A DNA stretch of 64,000 nt from Patescibacteria group bacterium. GTDB taxonomy: Bacteria > Patescibacteriota > Microgenomatia > Levybacterales > UBA12049. The translations under genes and the position numbers were made by a program. The stretch lies in contig JAMCZC010000002.1 of NCBI GenBank assembly GCA_023485865.1, forward strand, positions 1,000 to 64,999, given 5' to 3'. A model generated the notes under the pieces. The model did not search any database. It had not been told where the DNA came from and saw nothing but the letters and a program-made list of their open reading frames with translations. Shown piece by piece: positions 18,116-28,140 of the stretch; position 1 is the first letter of the stretch; every line of letters begins with the position of its first letter.

Positions 18116-18781
18116 TTATCCGCTTCCGTCCCCATGTCCGATAGAGTCTGAAATTATATGCGCTCCTCTTGCCGGGTTTGGCACGCCCAATGCTTCGAGA
18201 TTTTCCCTTCCTCCCGCAGTTTGCACGAAAATATCACCGTAATTAAACAAAGAACGAAAAAATCCGACCTTTGTGTAATTGACGTCTTCTACTAAGTTGA
18301 AATTTGTGAAAGCCACATCGTGGTATAAAAGATCGGAATAATCTATGTCGACTACCCCCAAATTAGTAATTAAGGTTATGTTGTAAAACCAATTTAAGAA
18401 ATGTAAAAAAGCGTAGGCAAAAACAAGCAGGTAATAAAAAGTTAATAAAAAGGGAATAAAATTACCCGGCACGAAAGAAAAGAGATTCGTAAACAGACTG
18501 GAGAAGGCAACTGCTAAGAAAGGGACAGAAATTAAGATGAGCGTAATAACTACCCACAGGAAATTGGTAATTAAATGAGCTCTTAAGAATAAAACGATTT
18601 CTTCGTGGGTTTTTTGATTTGCAAAAGTAACTCCGTGAGGTTTTTCCACATAAGCTTTAAAAAATCCCATTTTTTTACGGGTTGATTGAGGCGGCGGGTT
18701 ATCCTCAATTTTTGTGTGGGGCAGAGGCGTTTCTATTTTTTCTTTTTTAGTTTTTGCTTCCGCTACAAAAATATCCGGCAT
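18116..18781 (-). CDS. Membrane protein with bacterial PH-like domain (DUF304/bPH_2-like)
   Basis: 221 aa. Two TM helices followed by a domain ending GDIFVQTAGGRENLEALGVPNPARGAHII, reminiscent of YdbS/YdbT-type bPH_2 proteins. Assignment from memory only. Confidence 0.4.
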   Translation of the reverse strand: MPDIFVAEAKTKKEKIETPLPHTKIEDNPPPQSTRKKMGFFKAYVEKPHGVTFANQKTHEEIVLFLRAHLITNFLWVVITLILISVPFLAVAFSSLFTNLFSFVPGNFIPFLLTFYYLLVFAYAFLHFLNWFYNITLITNLGVVDIDYSDLLYHDVAFTNFNLVEDVNYTKVGFFRSLFNYGDIFVQTAGGRENLEALGVPNPARGAHIISDSIGHGDGSG

Positions 18782-18785
18782 ATAC

Positions 18786-20522
18786 TTATCTTTGCTCTAC
18801 ATTATACAACGGTCCGACAATATTTATATTGCCCGGGGCCCTAATGTTAAAATAGGTCTTAAAAAAATCGCCTGAAAAACTGGCTGAGCCGGCATCTCCG
18901 TTAATATGGACCGTTGTGACTTTTCCAACTCCAAAGTCTGCGTCTACACTCGCACTGGAAACAAAATTAAAAGGAGAAATATTTCTGTTTCTTAATTCCT
19001 GTTTTACTCTGTCCGAACTCCAGGTGTCTGTTCCTGCAGGATTAGATTTGTCGGTTTGATATAAATGTTCTTTGGTGCCCGAGTCGGCTTGAACTAAAAG
19101 CATAACGTTGGCAATATCGGCAACTTCCTCTTGTCTTAGCCAGGCTGTTCCGCCTCTTGAGCCCCAATCGCAGTAAAACCAGGGCGAAGCTTTGTCATAG
19201 GCATTATTTTGTAAATCGGAAAAGCTGTTAATTGGTCCCGATGCGTCCTGGGCCCGTTTTGTAAATGAAGTCCCGCTCCAGCCGATATCGGAAGAAGAAA
19301 AAACATATCCTCCGTGTGTTGAGGAAAACCAGGCCTTAATCGGGCTTCCGCCCTGAACCATCGCTTTTCCGGCGGTGGCGTTGACTGCCTGTTCCCAATT
19401 CCCGCCCTTAGGATCCGTTTTAAATACCTGGCATTGGTCGGTTGGGCATATTGAGCCGCTGCCGTTATTTGTATAAGCGAGTACATAAGAGCGCGCGGCA
19501 ACCGCCTGGGCTTTAAGGGCGGCTAAATTATTGTCTGTCCAGGAATCAGGAACCTCGTAAATTCTTTTCATATAGTCTTCCAAAGATCCGGTCCAGTCAA
19601 TACCATTTCCCGATACGTGAATTTGCGTAGACTGGCTGACATCGGAAATTGAATCAAAATTATAATAAGCCTGGAGAATTTGGTTATAATCCTGGCCTGC
19701 TTTTGCTCTTCCTAAAGCTCCGAATTGGTTAAGCCCGACCCTGTTTGGAACGCCATAAGTAAAAAAGCCGATTTTAGGAGAAAATCCGGGGTCCGGCGCG
19801 CCAGGCAAAATATCGCTTTTGCACCCCCCAAGCATACTATAAGAATTTAAAGAAATTCCCAAAGAGCCGTATTTTTGCGCCAACAATTGCTGTTGGGTTG
19901 CGGAGAGTTCTGCTATTTGAGTTGAAAGATTAGCCTGATATGCTCTTGCGCCGGTTACTATTTTATCAAGCTTTGCCGATTGCTCGTCTAAATTCGATTT
20001 TGCAGCTGTTAATTTTGTCTTTTCATCTTCCAAGGCTTTTTTGTCTATCTCAAGCGTTTCAATTAAAGTCGCAAGGTTATAAATAGTGGCTTTATTCTGA
20101 TTTTCAACCGCCTGTTGGTAGCCTAAAACTCTGGTGATATCTTCAACTGATGAGCCGGATAAAAACGGTATAAGCGGAGAATCTTTATAGCTGTCGATAT
20201 AGTATCTTCTTACAGCCTGATTAAAAATTTCCTGTTGTCTTGCCAAATCTTTATATCTTTGGTCTATGCTTTTTTCTTTTGCCGCAACGCCTTGCTCAAT
20301 TGCAGCCACTCTATTTTTTATATCCTGTATTTGTGACTTTAAACTATCAAGCTGAGACTGCAAGGGCCTAGTTGCATTAATAGACATATTAAGTGCACTG
20401 GTCAAGTCGTTTATTTGTTTTGTAATATCGTCTAATTGATCAGAGGAGCTTTTAGGAACGATAACAAATGAAGCAATAAATAAAAATATGCATAAAAATA
20501 ACAGGGAAAGCACTTTTTTCAT
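18786..20522 (-). CDS. Secreted SpoIID/LytB-domain protein with N-terminal coiled-coil
   Basis: Signal peptide, ~230 aa heptad-rich region, then SpoIID-type motif NLAALKAQAVAARSYVLAYTNNGSGSICPTDQCQVF. Confidence 0.65.
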   Translation of the reverse strand: MKKVLSLLFLCIFLFIASFVIVPKSSSDQLDDITKQINDLTSALNMSINATRPLQSQLDSLKSQIQDIKNRVAAIEQGVAAKEKSIDQRYKDLARQQEIFNQAVRRYYIDSYKDSPLIPFLSGSSVEDITRVLGYQQAVENQNKATIYNLATLIETLEIDKKALEDEKTKLTAAKSNLDEQSAKLDKIVTGARAYQANLSTQIAELSATQQQLLAQKYGSLGISLNSYSMLGGCKSDILPGAPDPGFSPKIGFFTYGVPNRVGLNQFGALGRAKAGQDYNQILQAYYNFDSISDVSQSTQIHVSGNGIDWTGSLEDYMKRIYEVPDSWTDNNLAALKAQAVAARSYVLAYTNNGSGSICPTDQCQVFKTDPKGGNWEQAVNATAGKAMVQGGSPIKAWFSSTHGGYVFSSSDIGWSGTSFTKRAQDASGPINSFSDLQNNAYDKASPWFYCDWGSRGGTAWLRQEEVADIANVMLLVQADSGTKEHLYQTDKSNPAGTDTWSSDRVKQELRNRNISPFNFVSSASVDADFGVGKVTTVHINGDAGSASFSGDFFKTYFNIRAPGNINIVGPLYNVEQR

Positions 20523-20588
20523 AAGAGTAAATTCATTATACCAAATTAAGTATGCCTCGGGTTGCTAAATGCATAAAGAGGTGGTATT

Positions 20589-21197
20589 ATGCAAAAAAGC
20601 AATATGGAAGAGAATCAATTTCAAGAAATATCCCGAACTTTTACTCCGGGAAGACCAAAAAAAAGCCTTCCTAAAAAAACCGTAGTTTTGATCGTAGTCG
20701 TTGTTTTAATAATTCTGGCGTTCTTATTCGTAAAATTAAGCGGTAAATCGGCCAAACAATCAACTTCAACCGCTTCAACCACGCCTTCAGCTACAGAAAT
20801 TCCAATGCAAACCGGAACACCTATTCCTTCTTCTTCCGAAACCCCAACTCCTACCCCAACAGCAAGTCCTACCCCCAAGCCAAGCGTTAATCCTGTCGAT
20901 AAAGCAACGGGTTTGGATAGAAGCAAGCTTTCGGTTACTATTCAAAACGGAAGCGGACAGGCAGGTGTTGCCGGTACAGCTTCGGATTACCTTACGGGTT
21001 TAGGTTATAACGTGTTTTCAACAGGTAATGCGGATAATTACAATTATACCAACGTTTTTATAAAGGTAAAGGCCGGCAAAAGCGATTTCCTTAGTCTTTT
21101 GAAAAAAGATTTGGGCTTTAAGTACACAATAGGCACAAATTCAGCTGATCTTTCCGACAGCTCCTCCGAAGATGCTTTGGTTATAATAGGAAAATAA
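20589..21197 (+). CDS. LytR_C-domain membrane protein (Pro/Thr-rich linker)
   Basis: N-terminal TM. PT-rich linker (TPTPTPTASPTPKPS). C-terminal LSVTIQNGSGQAGVAGTASDYLTGLGYNV, typical LytR_C. Confidence 0.6.
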   Translation: MQKSNMEENQFQEISRTFTPGRPKKSLPKKTVVLIVVVVLIILAFLFVKLSGKSAKQSTSTASTTPSATEIPMQTGTPIPSSSETPTPTPTASPTPKPSVNPVDKATGLDRSKLSVTIQNGSGQAGVAGTASDYLTGLGYNVFSTGNADNYNYTNVFIKVKAGKSDFLSLLKKDLGFKYTIGTNSADLSDSSSEDALVIIGK

Positions 21198-21237
21198 ACT
21201 AGTTGATGGGAAATCGTTCATGGTTCATAATAAACAC

Positions 21238-21687
21238 ATGAAAGTATTTATTGCTGCGGATCACGCCGGTTTTGAATTAAAAGAAGAAGTTAAGAAATTT
21301 CTTATTGCTCAAAACTATGAAGTTGAAGACTGCGGCGCTTTTTCTTTTGAAAAAGGTGATGATTACCCCGACTTAATTGTAAAAGCGGCAGAAAAAGTAT
21401 CCCAGGATCCGCAGTCAAAAGGAATCGTTTTTGGCAAATCCGGAACAGGGGAAGCAATAGTTGCCAATAAGTTTAAAAACGTAAGAGCTGTTTTGGGATT
21501 TTCCGTGGATAACGTCAGATTATCAAGGGAACATAACGATACCAATGTTTTGTCTTTGGGCTCCGAGTTTGTCAGCGCCGAACAGGCAAAAAAGCTAGTG
21601 CAGGTTTTTCTTGAAACTCCATTCTCAAACGAAGCAAGACACGTAAGGAGAATAGAGGAAATACAGGAAATAGAGGATAGAGAGTAG
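21238..21687 (+). CDS. rpiB: Ribose-5-phosphate isomerase B (RpiB/LacAB family)
   Basis: MKVFIAADHAGFELKEEV... canonical RpiB N-terminus. Start moved to this ATG; the track start is 6 codons upstream. Confidence 0.8.
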   Translation: MKVFIAADHAGFELKEEVKKFLIAQNYEVEDCGAFSFEKGDDYPDLIVKAAEKVSQDPQSKGIVFGKSGTGEAIVANKFKNVRAVLGFSVDNVRLSREHNDTNVLSLGSEFVSAEQAKKLVQVFLETPFSNEARHVRRIEEIQEIEDRE

Positions 21688-21787
21688 AAGCTAGAGGTTA
21701 GAATTTGAGGTTAGATAGTAGAAGTTCGAAAATCTAATTTCTAATTTCAAGATCCAACTTCCAGTTTCCATTGTCCAGTATCAAACT

Positions 21788-22423
21788 ATGAGTGAAATTA
21801 TTCCCGGAATTTTGGAAAAAGATTTTGCAGAAATCGAAAAAAAAATAGAATTAGTTAAAGGTTTTGCAAAAACAATACATATAGATATTATTGACGGAAA
21901 ATTTGCTCCAAACACAACTTTTCTAAATCCCAAACCGTTTGAAAAATACTCTAAAGACATTTTTTTAGAAGCTCACCTAATGGTTGAGGAACCGATTAAT
22001 TATTTAGATTCTTTTGCAGCCGCCGGTTTTAAAAGATTTTTGGGACACATTGAACATATGTCAAGCCAGGAAGATTTTGTTGCCAAAGGAGAGCTTTTAG
22101 GAGAAGTCGGGTTGGCATTAGATGTAAATACACCTCTGGAAAGTTTAAAAGCAGATTATCAGGATCTTGATTGCGTATTAGTGATGAGTGTTAAGGCCGG
22201 TTTTTCCGCACAGGAATTTATGCCCGAAGTTTTGGAAAAAGTCAAAAAAATAAGAGAAATTAGCCCAATTCCAATTGAGATTGACGGGGGAATAAATGAC
22301 AAAACAATTACTCAGGGGTCAGGCTGTGGGGTAAGTCGTTTTGTAACAACAAGCTTTCTTTTTAATGGAGATTTCTCTCAAAATTACCAGAAGCTACGCT
22401 CGCTTTTAAAGATTAACGATTAA
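21788..22423 (+). CDS. rpe: Ribulose-phosphate 3-epimerase
   Basis: IIPGILEKDFAEIEKKIELV...IHIDIIDGKFAPN and overall TIM-barrel RPE pattern. Confidence 0.8.
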   Translation: MSEIIPGILEKDFAEIEKKIELVKGFAKTIHIDIIDGKFAPNTTFLNPKPFEKYSKDIFLEAHLMVEEPINYLDSFAAAGFKRFLGHIEHMSSQEDFVAKGELLGEVGLALDVNTPLESLKADYQDLDCVLVMSVKAGFSAQEFMPEVLEKVKKIREISPIPIEIDGGINDKTITQGSGCGVSRFVTTSFLFNGDFSQNYQKLRSLLKIND

Positions 22424-24761
22424 CCGGAATTGCGCTCGGAGTAGCAATAAAATTACAGTTAACCAAGCCTTCGGTCCCTTTTACAAAATATTCAACTCTT
22501 CCTAAACAGGGTTTTTGAATAATATCATCTGGTATTTTTAAGGGTGCGTCAGAAACGTTGCCCAAAAGAGTAGTCATAATTTTGTTCCAAATAGGAGCCG
22601 CCCCTGTGATTCCGGAAGCAAGGCTTTGACTCATCGGAGAGTTATCGTTATTTCCGACCCAAACCGCAACCAATCTTGCCGGGGTAAAGCCGATTGTCCA
22701 ATTGTCTCTTTTGTTATCCGAAGTTCCTGTTTTAACGGAAACTGTATGGTTGGGAATATTTAAAGGAGAATTTGTGCCAAATTCAAAAGAGCGGGAAAGG
22801 TTGTCGGATAAAATATTTGAGATTATAAACGCAACCCCTTCGTCAATTACAGATTTTTCTTCCGGCGTATTTTTTTGATAGACAAGATTCCCCTGATAAT
22901 CGGTTATTTTTAAAATGGGGTCAAGAGCGACTTTATTACCGGAATTTGCTACTGCGCCATAAACAGTTGCCATGTCTGTCATTTTTACTTCTGCGGCTCC
23001 TAAAGTTATTGCCAAACCATATTGATTAGGCTCTCCCCAAGTAGTAATCCCCATTTTTTTGCCCATATCAATCATATTTCCAATGCCTATTTTTTGCAGC
23101 GTCTTAACTGCAGGGATATTAAAAGAATTTGCAAAAGCAATTCTTAAAGGAATCCTTCCATGGTATGCTCCGTCGTAGTTAACAGGTGAATAGGGAGGGT
23201 TCCCTGGAAAAGTTATCGGTGAGTCGTCAAGTATTGTTGCGGCTGTAAAACCATTTGACAGAGCCGCTGCATAAGTAACAACTTTTATGGAAGAACCGGG
23301 CTGTCTTAGGGATGTAGTTAAATTTACATTGCCGCCGTTTGGGTCGTTATAGTCTCGGCTTCCCGCCATTGCCAAAATGTCACCGTTTTTGGGATTAGTT
23401 ACCAAAGCAGCCCCGTTTGTAAGATGAAGATAAAAATCGTTGTCAACTTCTGTTTTTACAATATTTTGGACTTCATCCTGAAGTTTCAAATCAAGACTCG
23501 TAGTTACGCTTAAACCGCCTTTTTCAACCAGAGGCAGTCCGTACTTTTTAATCAAGAGATCTTTAACATACATCACGAAATGAGGTGCATAAATTGGTGT
23601 TTGGGGAGGTAGGAAAGACAGGTCCTCACTTAGTGCGTTTTCCAGTTGATTTTGGCTTATGTAGTCTTGATCCTGCATTTTTTGCAATACATCTTTTTGT
23701 CTTTGCTTCCAGAGATTAGGGTTTTCTCCGTAAGGCGAGTAAACGGTTGGCGCTTGGGGCATACCTGCTAAAAAAGCACTTTCTGCAAGGTCTAAATCTT
23801 TGACGCTTTTCCCAAAGTATACTTCGGATGCGGCTTCTACCCCCCAGGCTGTCCCTCCATATGGGACTTGGTTAAAATACATCTGTAAAATTTCATCTTT
23901 TGTATAAGTTTTTTCAGTCCAAACGGCCAAAATAATTTCTTTAATCTTTCTTCCGATGCTTATTTCCGGGGTTAAAAGTGTTGATTTTATCAGCTGTTGG
24001 GTGATAGTAGACCCCCCCTGTATCGGTTTTCCTGAAAGGTCGGCAATGGCGGCTCTTGCTATCGCGTTTGCGTCAAACCCCGGATTTTTGTAAAAATCTT
24101 TATCTTCAATAGCGATTGTCGCATTAATAAGGTCTTTTGGGATAAGGTTTAAAGGTACCAAGGTTCTATTTTCATTGGCATAAATTTGATATAAAAGAGT
24201 GCCGTTTCTGTCATAGATTTTTGTCGTTTGGGAAATTTCCCGAAGTGATAAACTTTTCGGATTCGGGAGGTTTTGCAAAAAGATTAAAAATAAAAGAGGC
24301 AGGAATATAAAAATAAGGGAAAAAAATCCTCCGAAAAGAAAATATTTTATTCTTAGTCTTACTAAATGCGGTCTTTTGTAAACAACGGTTGTCTTTACTT
24401 TTTTTACTTTCTTAGGCTTTGGTTTTGCTTTTGGCAGTTTTAGCTTAAAAGAAAACCTTTTGAAAGCAGGCAATTTAAGTTTAATTTTTGGGATCTTTGG
24501 CAACGTAAGCCCAAGCTTTGGTAAAGAAAATTTTACATTCTGTTTTGTTTGCAAAATCTGATTTTTCCTAAACGCATAGCGACCGGAAATATCCTGTTTC
24601 TCCCGTTCAGTCGCTATTTTTATCCGCTTAAAACTTGTCTTAAGTTTTTTTGATGCCAAGCGAATAATTCGGAGAAAAAACTTAATAACCAGTAAAACAA
24701 CATCCCCTATTTTAATAAGAAGATTTAAAATTAAAACAATAGCGTCCAAAAACAGCTTCAT
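22413..24761 (-). CDS. Class A penicillin-binding protein (bifunctional transglycosylase/transpeptidase), copy 1
   Basis: GT51 motifs ATIAIEDKDFYKNPG and GGSTITQQL. Transpeptidase SSIK, and KTGT(S)D. Long basic N-terminal tail with TM. Confidence 0.85.
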   Translation of the reverse strand: MKLFLDAIVLILNLLIKIGDVVLLVIKFFLRIIRLASKKLKTSFKRIKIATEREKQDISGRYAFRKNQILQTKQNVKFSLPKLGLTLPKIPKIKLKLPAFKRFSFKLKLPKAKPKPKKVKKVKTTVVYKRPHLVRLRIKYFLFGGFFSLIFIFLPLLFLIFLQNLPNPKSLSLREISQTTKIYDRNGTLLYQIYANENRTLVPLNLIPKDLINATIAIEDKDFYKNPGFDANAIARAAIADLSGKPIQGGSTITQQLIKSTLLTPEISIGRKIKEIILAVWTEKTYTKDEILQMYFNQVPYGGTAWGVEAASEVYFGKSVKDLDLAESAFLAGMPQAPTVYSPYGENPNLWKQRQKDVLQKMQDQDYISQNQLENALSEDLSFLPPQTPIYAPHFVMYVKDLLIKKYGLPLVEKGGLSVTTSLDLKLQDEVQNIVKTEVDNDFYLHLTNGAALVTNPKNGDILAMAGSRDYNDPNGGNVNLTTSLRQPGSSIKVVTYAAALSNGFTAATILDDSPITFPGNPPYSPVNYDGAYHGRIPLRIAFANSFNIPAVKTLQKIGIGNMIDMGKKMGITTWGEPNQYGLAITLGAAEVKMTDMATVYGAVANSGNKVALDPILKITDYQGNLVYQKNTPEEKSVIDEGVAFIISNILSDNLSRSFEFGTNSPLNIPNHTVSVKTGTSDNKRDNWTIGFTPARLVAVWVGNNDNSPMSQSLASGITGAAPIWNKIMTTLLGNVSDAPLKIPDDIIQKPCLGRVEYFVKGTEGLVNCNFIATPSAIPVNR

Positions 24762-24824
24762 AATCTGGGGCAGAAAAACTGACCGAATTATACTATAGGA
24801 GTATCAGCTTTGAAAGGGGTAAAA

Positions 24825-27017
24825 CTAATGTCCCGGCGCGGGGGTCGGGGTAGGAGTCGGATGCGGACAACTTAGGCAATACCTATCTCCTACTGGGTCG
24901 GTATATATGTTTTCGTTTTTGGTTTCCAAATTATCCGTTTGTCCTTTTGCCGGTAAGTCTTGGGTTGTTTTGTCAACAGCAACGTTTTCGGATGAGAGTT
25001 TGCCGGTGGAGTTTTCGGTCCCCTTTATAAAATATTCAAATCTTGTAGGACAGGTTGTTCCGCCCGGCGCAATGGAGGGGAAAAATCCGACGTCGGAACA
25101 AACCTGTTTTTGAATTACCGATGGCGGTCTTGAAATTGCTTCGGGAGTTTTTCCCTTAAGAAGATAAGACATAATATCATTCCAAATTGGAGCCGCCCCG
25201 GTAATTCCGGATACCAATCCGCTCATTTGAGTGTTGTCGCTATTGCCAACCCATGTTGCAACCAGAAACGAGGGGGTGTAGCCGATTGTCCAATTGTCTT
25301 TATAGTCATTGGTGGTTCCGGTTTTAACCGATACGGTTTGTCCCCGTATCTTAAGTTGAGAATTGTCTCCGAATTCCAAAAGTCTTGCCCCGTTATCAGC
25401 TAAAATATCGGAAATTATGTAAGCGACTCCTTCGGGGAGTACTTTTTTGCCAAATATCGGACTGGACGGAGGCTTATATTCTTCCAATACTTTACCGGTT
25501 TTATCTGTAACCTTAAGAATTGGATGAAGGTTAATTCGATAACCCGAGTTTGCAAAGACCCCAAAAGCGGTTGCCATGTCTGTCATTCTTACTTCTGCTC
25601 CTCCCAAAGTTAAAGAAAGCCCGTAATTTTCAGGGTGAGTAAAAGTGGTTATTCCCATGGCCGAGGCGGTAGCGATCATACTGTTAATTCCATTTAGCTT
25701 AAGCATTTTAACGGCAGGAATATTGAGGGAATTTCCCAAGGCGTAGCGCATTTGAACAAGTCCATGCCATTTGCCGTCGTAGTTAAGCGGACAGTAGTCT
25801 TTTCCTCCCTGATTTGGAAAACAGATAGGCCCGTCTACAAATGTAGTAGCGGCGTTATACTTATTGATTAGGCCTGCGGCATAATTTATTGGCTTTATGG
25901 AAGAGCCGGGTTGTCTTAAGGCGGTAGTTATATTAAAGTTTCCGGCAATTTTTGTGTCAAAATAGTCTTTGCTTCCAACCATAGCTAAAATTTCTCCGGT
26001 TGCGGGATTTGTTACCAAAGCGGCTCCGTTTGTAACGTGATAGTAGCCGGGAAGATCGTTAACTTCTCCGGAAACAGATGCCTCGGCGTAGGCTTGGATA
26101 TTAGCATCAAGGCTGGTAATTACTTTTAAGCCCCCCTCTTCAACGGTTTTTTGTCCATATTTTGCTATCAAAAGATCTTTGACATACAAAACAAAATGCG
26201 GAGCCTCGATATTATTTGAAATCCTTTTGTAATTTAAAACTTCACTTTCGGCCTTTTTTTCCTGGTCGCGGCTTATATATCCAAGTTCTTGCATCGTCTT
26301 TAAAACCTCAACCTGCCTTGCTTTTCCAAGTTCCGGATGCGCCCCAAAGGGAGAAAATTGTGTGGGAGCTTGAGGAAGACCGGCCAAAAGTGCACTTTCT
26401 GCCAAGTCCAACTCTTTGGCGTGTTTATTAAAGTAAGCTTCGGAGGCCGTTTCAACTCCATAGGCAGGTCCTCCATACGGACTTTGATTTAGATACATTT
26501 CCAAAATCTGGTTTTTAGAATAAATAAATTCTGTTGCAAAAGCCAGAATTATTTCTTTTATTTTTCTTGGAATAGTTTGTTCTTGACTTAACAAACTGTT
26601 TTTAACCAGCTGCTGGGTTAAGGTTGAACCTCCTTGGATTTGCTTATGAAAAACTATTGATACCGCCGCTCTTACAATACCCCGCAAATCAACAGCTCCG
26701 TGGGTATAAAAATTCCTGTCTTCAATGGCAATTGTTGCTTGCTGCATTGTTTTTGGAATGCTTGACAGAGGAACAAACGACTGATTCTTCTTATCATAAA
26801 TGTTGTACAATAGTTTTCCGTTTCTATCATAAATTAGGGTTGATTGAGGTGTTGAGGAGCTGCTTAATCTGGTGGGTAAAGGAAGATCTTTTAAAATCGT
26901 AAAATAAAAAAACAAAGAAAATACTGCTAACGCTAGTATTATAAAACCAGTTACGAAACTATTTCTCTTAAAATGCCTTTTGTAAACTTTATATGGTTTT
27001 TTGAGGTAATTTTGCAT
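24825..27017 (-). CDS. Class A penicillin-binding protein, copy 2 (tandem paralog)
   Basis: ATIAIEDRNFYTHGAVD, GGSTLTQQL, SSIKP, KTGTTND. C-terminal PTPTPTPAP tail. Confidence 0.85.
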   Translation of the reverse strand: MQNYLKKPYKVYKRHFKRNSFVTGFIILALAVFSLFFYFTILKDLPLPTRLSSSSTPQSTLIYDRNGKLLYNIYDKKNQSFVPLSSIPKTMQQATIAIEDRNFYTHGAVDLRGIVRAAVSIVFHKQIQGGSTLTQQLVKNSLLSQEQTIPRKIKEIILAFATEFIYSKNQILEMYLNQSPYGGPAYGVETASEAYFNKHAKELDLAESALLAGLPQAPTQFSPFGAHPELGKARQVEVLKTMQELGYISRDQEKKAESEVLNYKRISNNIEAPHFVLYVKDLLIAKYGQKTVEEGGLKVITSLDANIQAYAEASVSGEVNDLPGYYHVTNGAALVTNPATGEILAMVGSKDYFDTKIAGNFNITTALRQPGSSIKPINYAAGLINKYNAATTFVDGPICFPNQGGKDYCPLNYDGKWHGLVQMRYALGNSLNIPAVKMLKLNGINSMIATASAMGITTFTHPENYGLSLTLGGAEVRMTDMATAFGVFANSGYRINLHPILKVTDKTGKVLEEYKPPSSPIFGKKVLPEGVAYIISDILADNGARLLEFGDNSQLKIRGQTVSVKTGTTNDYKDNWTIGYTPSFLVATWVGNSDNTQMSGLVSGITGAAPIWNDIMSYLLKGKTPEAISRPPSVIQKQVCSDVGFFPSIAPGGTTCPTRFEYFIKGTENSTGKLSSENVAVDKTTQDLPAKGQTDNLETKNENIYTDPVGDRYCLSCPHPTPTPTPAPGH

Positions 27018-27079
27018 TCATTTATAATACCATTATATCTAATGACTGACAACCATTTCGGGATTGTATATAATAGACA

Positions 27080-28111
27080 ATGTTTATGGATATTAATGCT
27101 CTTCTTTCCTTGATCTCCATATCTAGCTTAGGATTTAACTGGATTGATATTTTAATACTAATTGTTGTTATTTTTTATGGCTTCGAAGGTTACGCCCTCG
27201 GTTTTTACGTAGCTTTAGTAGATTTAATAAGTTTTATTGTTTCTTTTGCTTTCGGTCTTTTGTTTTACGCAGTTATAGGCGGGATTCTGGTTAAAGTTTT
27301 CTCGATGCCTTCCGGTTTTGCCAATGCGATAGGATTTTTTATGGTGGCATTTATTACAGAAATTATTATTAGCTACATTTTAAAACATCTTGTTTTAAGT
27401 GCGACATTTATTGCCGAGTTTGAAAATCAACCAGAGAATATTAAAATACTCAATAATTTCCTTGGCATTCTTCCGGCTGTTTTTTCCGGGCTTTTGCTTC
27501 TTTCTTTTATACTGACAATGATTATTGCTCTACCTGTTTCAACTTTTCTTAAACATTCCGTATCCTCTTCTAGAGTAGGAAACGTTTTGGTTACCAATAC
27601 CCAGGGGCTTGCAAAAGACTTAAACAGCGTTTTTGGCGGTGCGGTTAACGAAACTTTGGCTTTCCTAACGGTTGAACCAAAGAGCAACGAAGTGGTTAAT
27701 CTTAATTTTAAAACCAGTAGCTTTAGCGTCGACCAAGTTTCCGAAGAAAAAATGTTCACTATGGTAAATCGGGAAAGAACTTCCCGGGGAGTGTCCGCGC
27801 TTTTGTTGTGGGACAAGTTAACGGATGTTGGTAGGGCTCATTGTGAAGATATGCTAAAAAGAGGTTATTTTTCTCATTACACACCCGAAGGAATTTCTCC
27901 TTTTGACAGAATGGCTAAGGCTGATATTGAATTTACTTTTGCCGGGGAAAATCTTGCTCTGGCACCAAACACGGAATTGGCAATGCAGGGGTTTATGCAA
28001 AGCCCCGGGCACAGGGCAAATATTTTATCAGCAGATTTCCACAGGATCGGAATAGCGGCAATAGACGCCGGAGTTTACGGACAAATGTATTGCCAGGAAT
28101 TCTCTGACTAA
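27080..28111 (+). CDS. CvpA-family membrane domain fused to C-terminal CAP/SCP (YkwD-like) domain
   Basis: N-terminal ~170 aa with 4 TM helices of CvpA type. The C-terminal domain contains GYFSHYTPEG...SPGHRANIL...RIGIA, a CAP/SCP signature. Confidence 0.55.
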   Translation: MFMDINALLSLISISSLGFNWIDILILIVVIFYGFEGYALGFYVALVDLISFIVSFAFGLLFYAVIGGILVKVFSMPSGFANAIGFFMVAFITEIIISYILKHLVLSATFIAEFENQPENIKILNNFLGILPAVFSGLLLLSFILTMIIALPVSTFLKHSVSSSRVGNVLVTNTQGLAKDLNSVFGGAVNETLAFLTVEPKSNEVVNLNFKTSSFSVDQVSEEKMFTMVNRERTSRGVSALLLWDKLTDVGRAHCEDMLKRGYFSHYTPEGISPFDRMAKADIEFTFAGENLALAPNTELAMQGFMQSPGHRANILSADFHRIGIAAIDAGVYGQMYCQEFSD

Positions 28112-28114
28112 AAT

Positions 28115-28140
28115 AATGATAAATGATTAAGGATTAATGA
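28115..28140 (+). repeat. 26-nt conserved motif AATGATAAATGATTAAGGATTAATGA (copy 1 of 3; contains SD-ATG of pgk)
   Basis: Identical 26-mer at 60730..60755; close variant (24/26) at 41272..41297. Confidence 0.6.
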
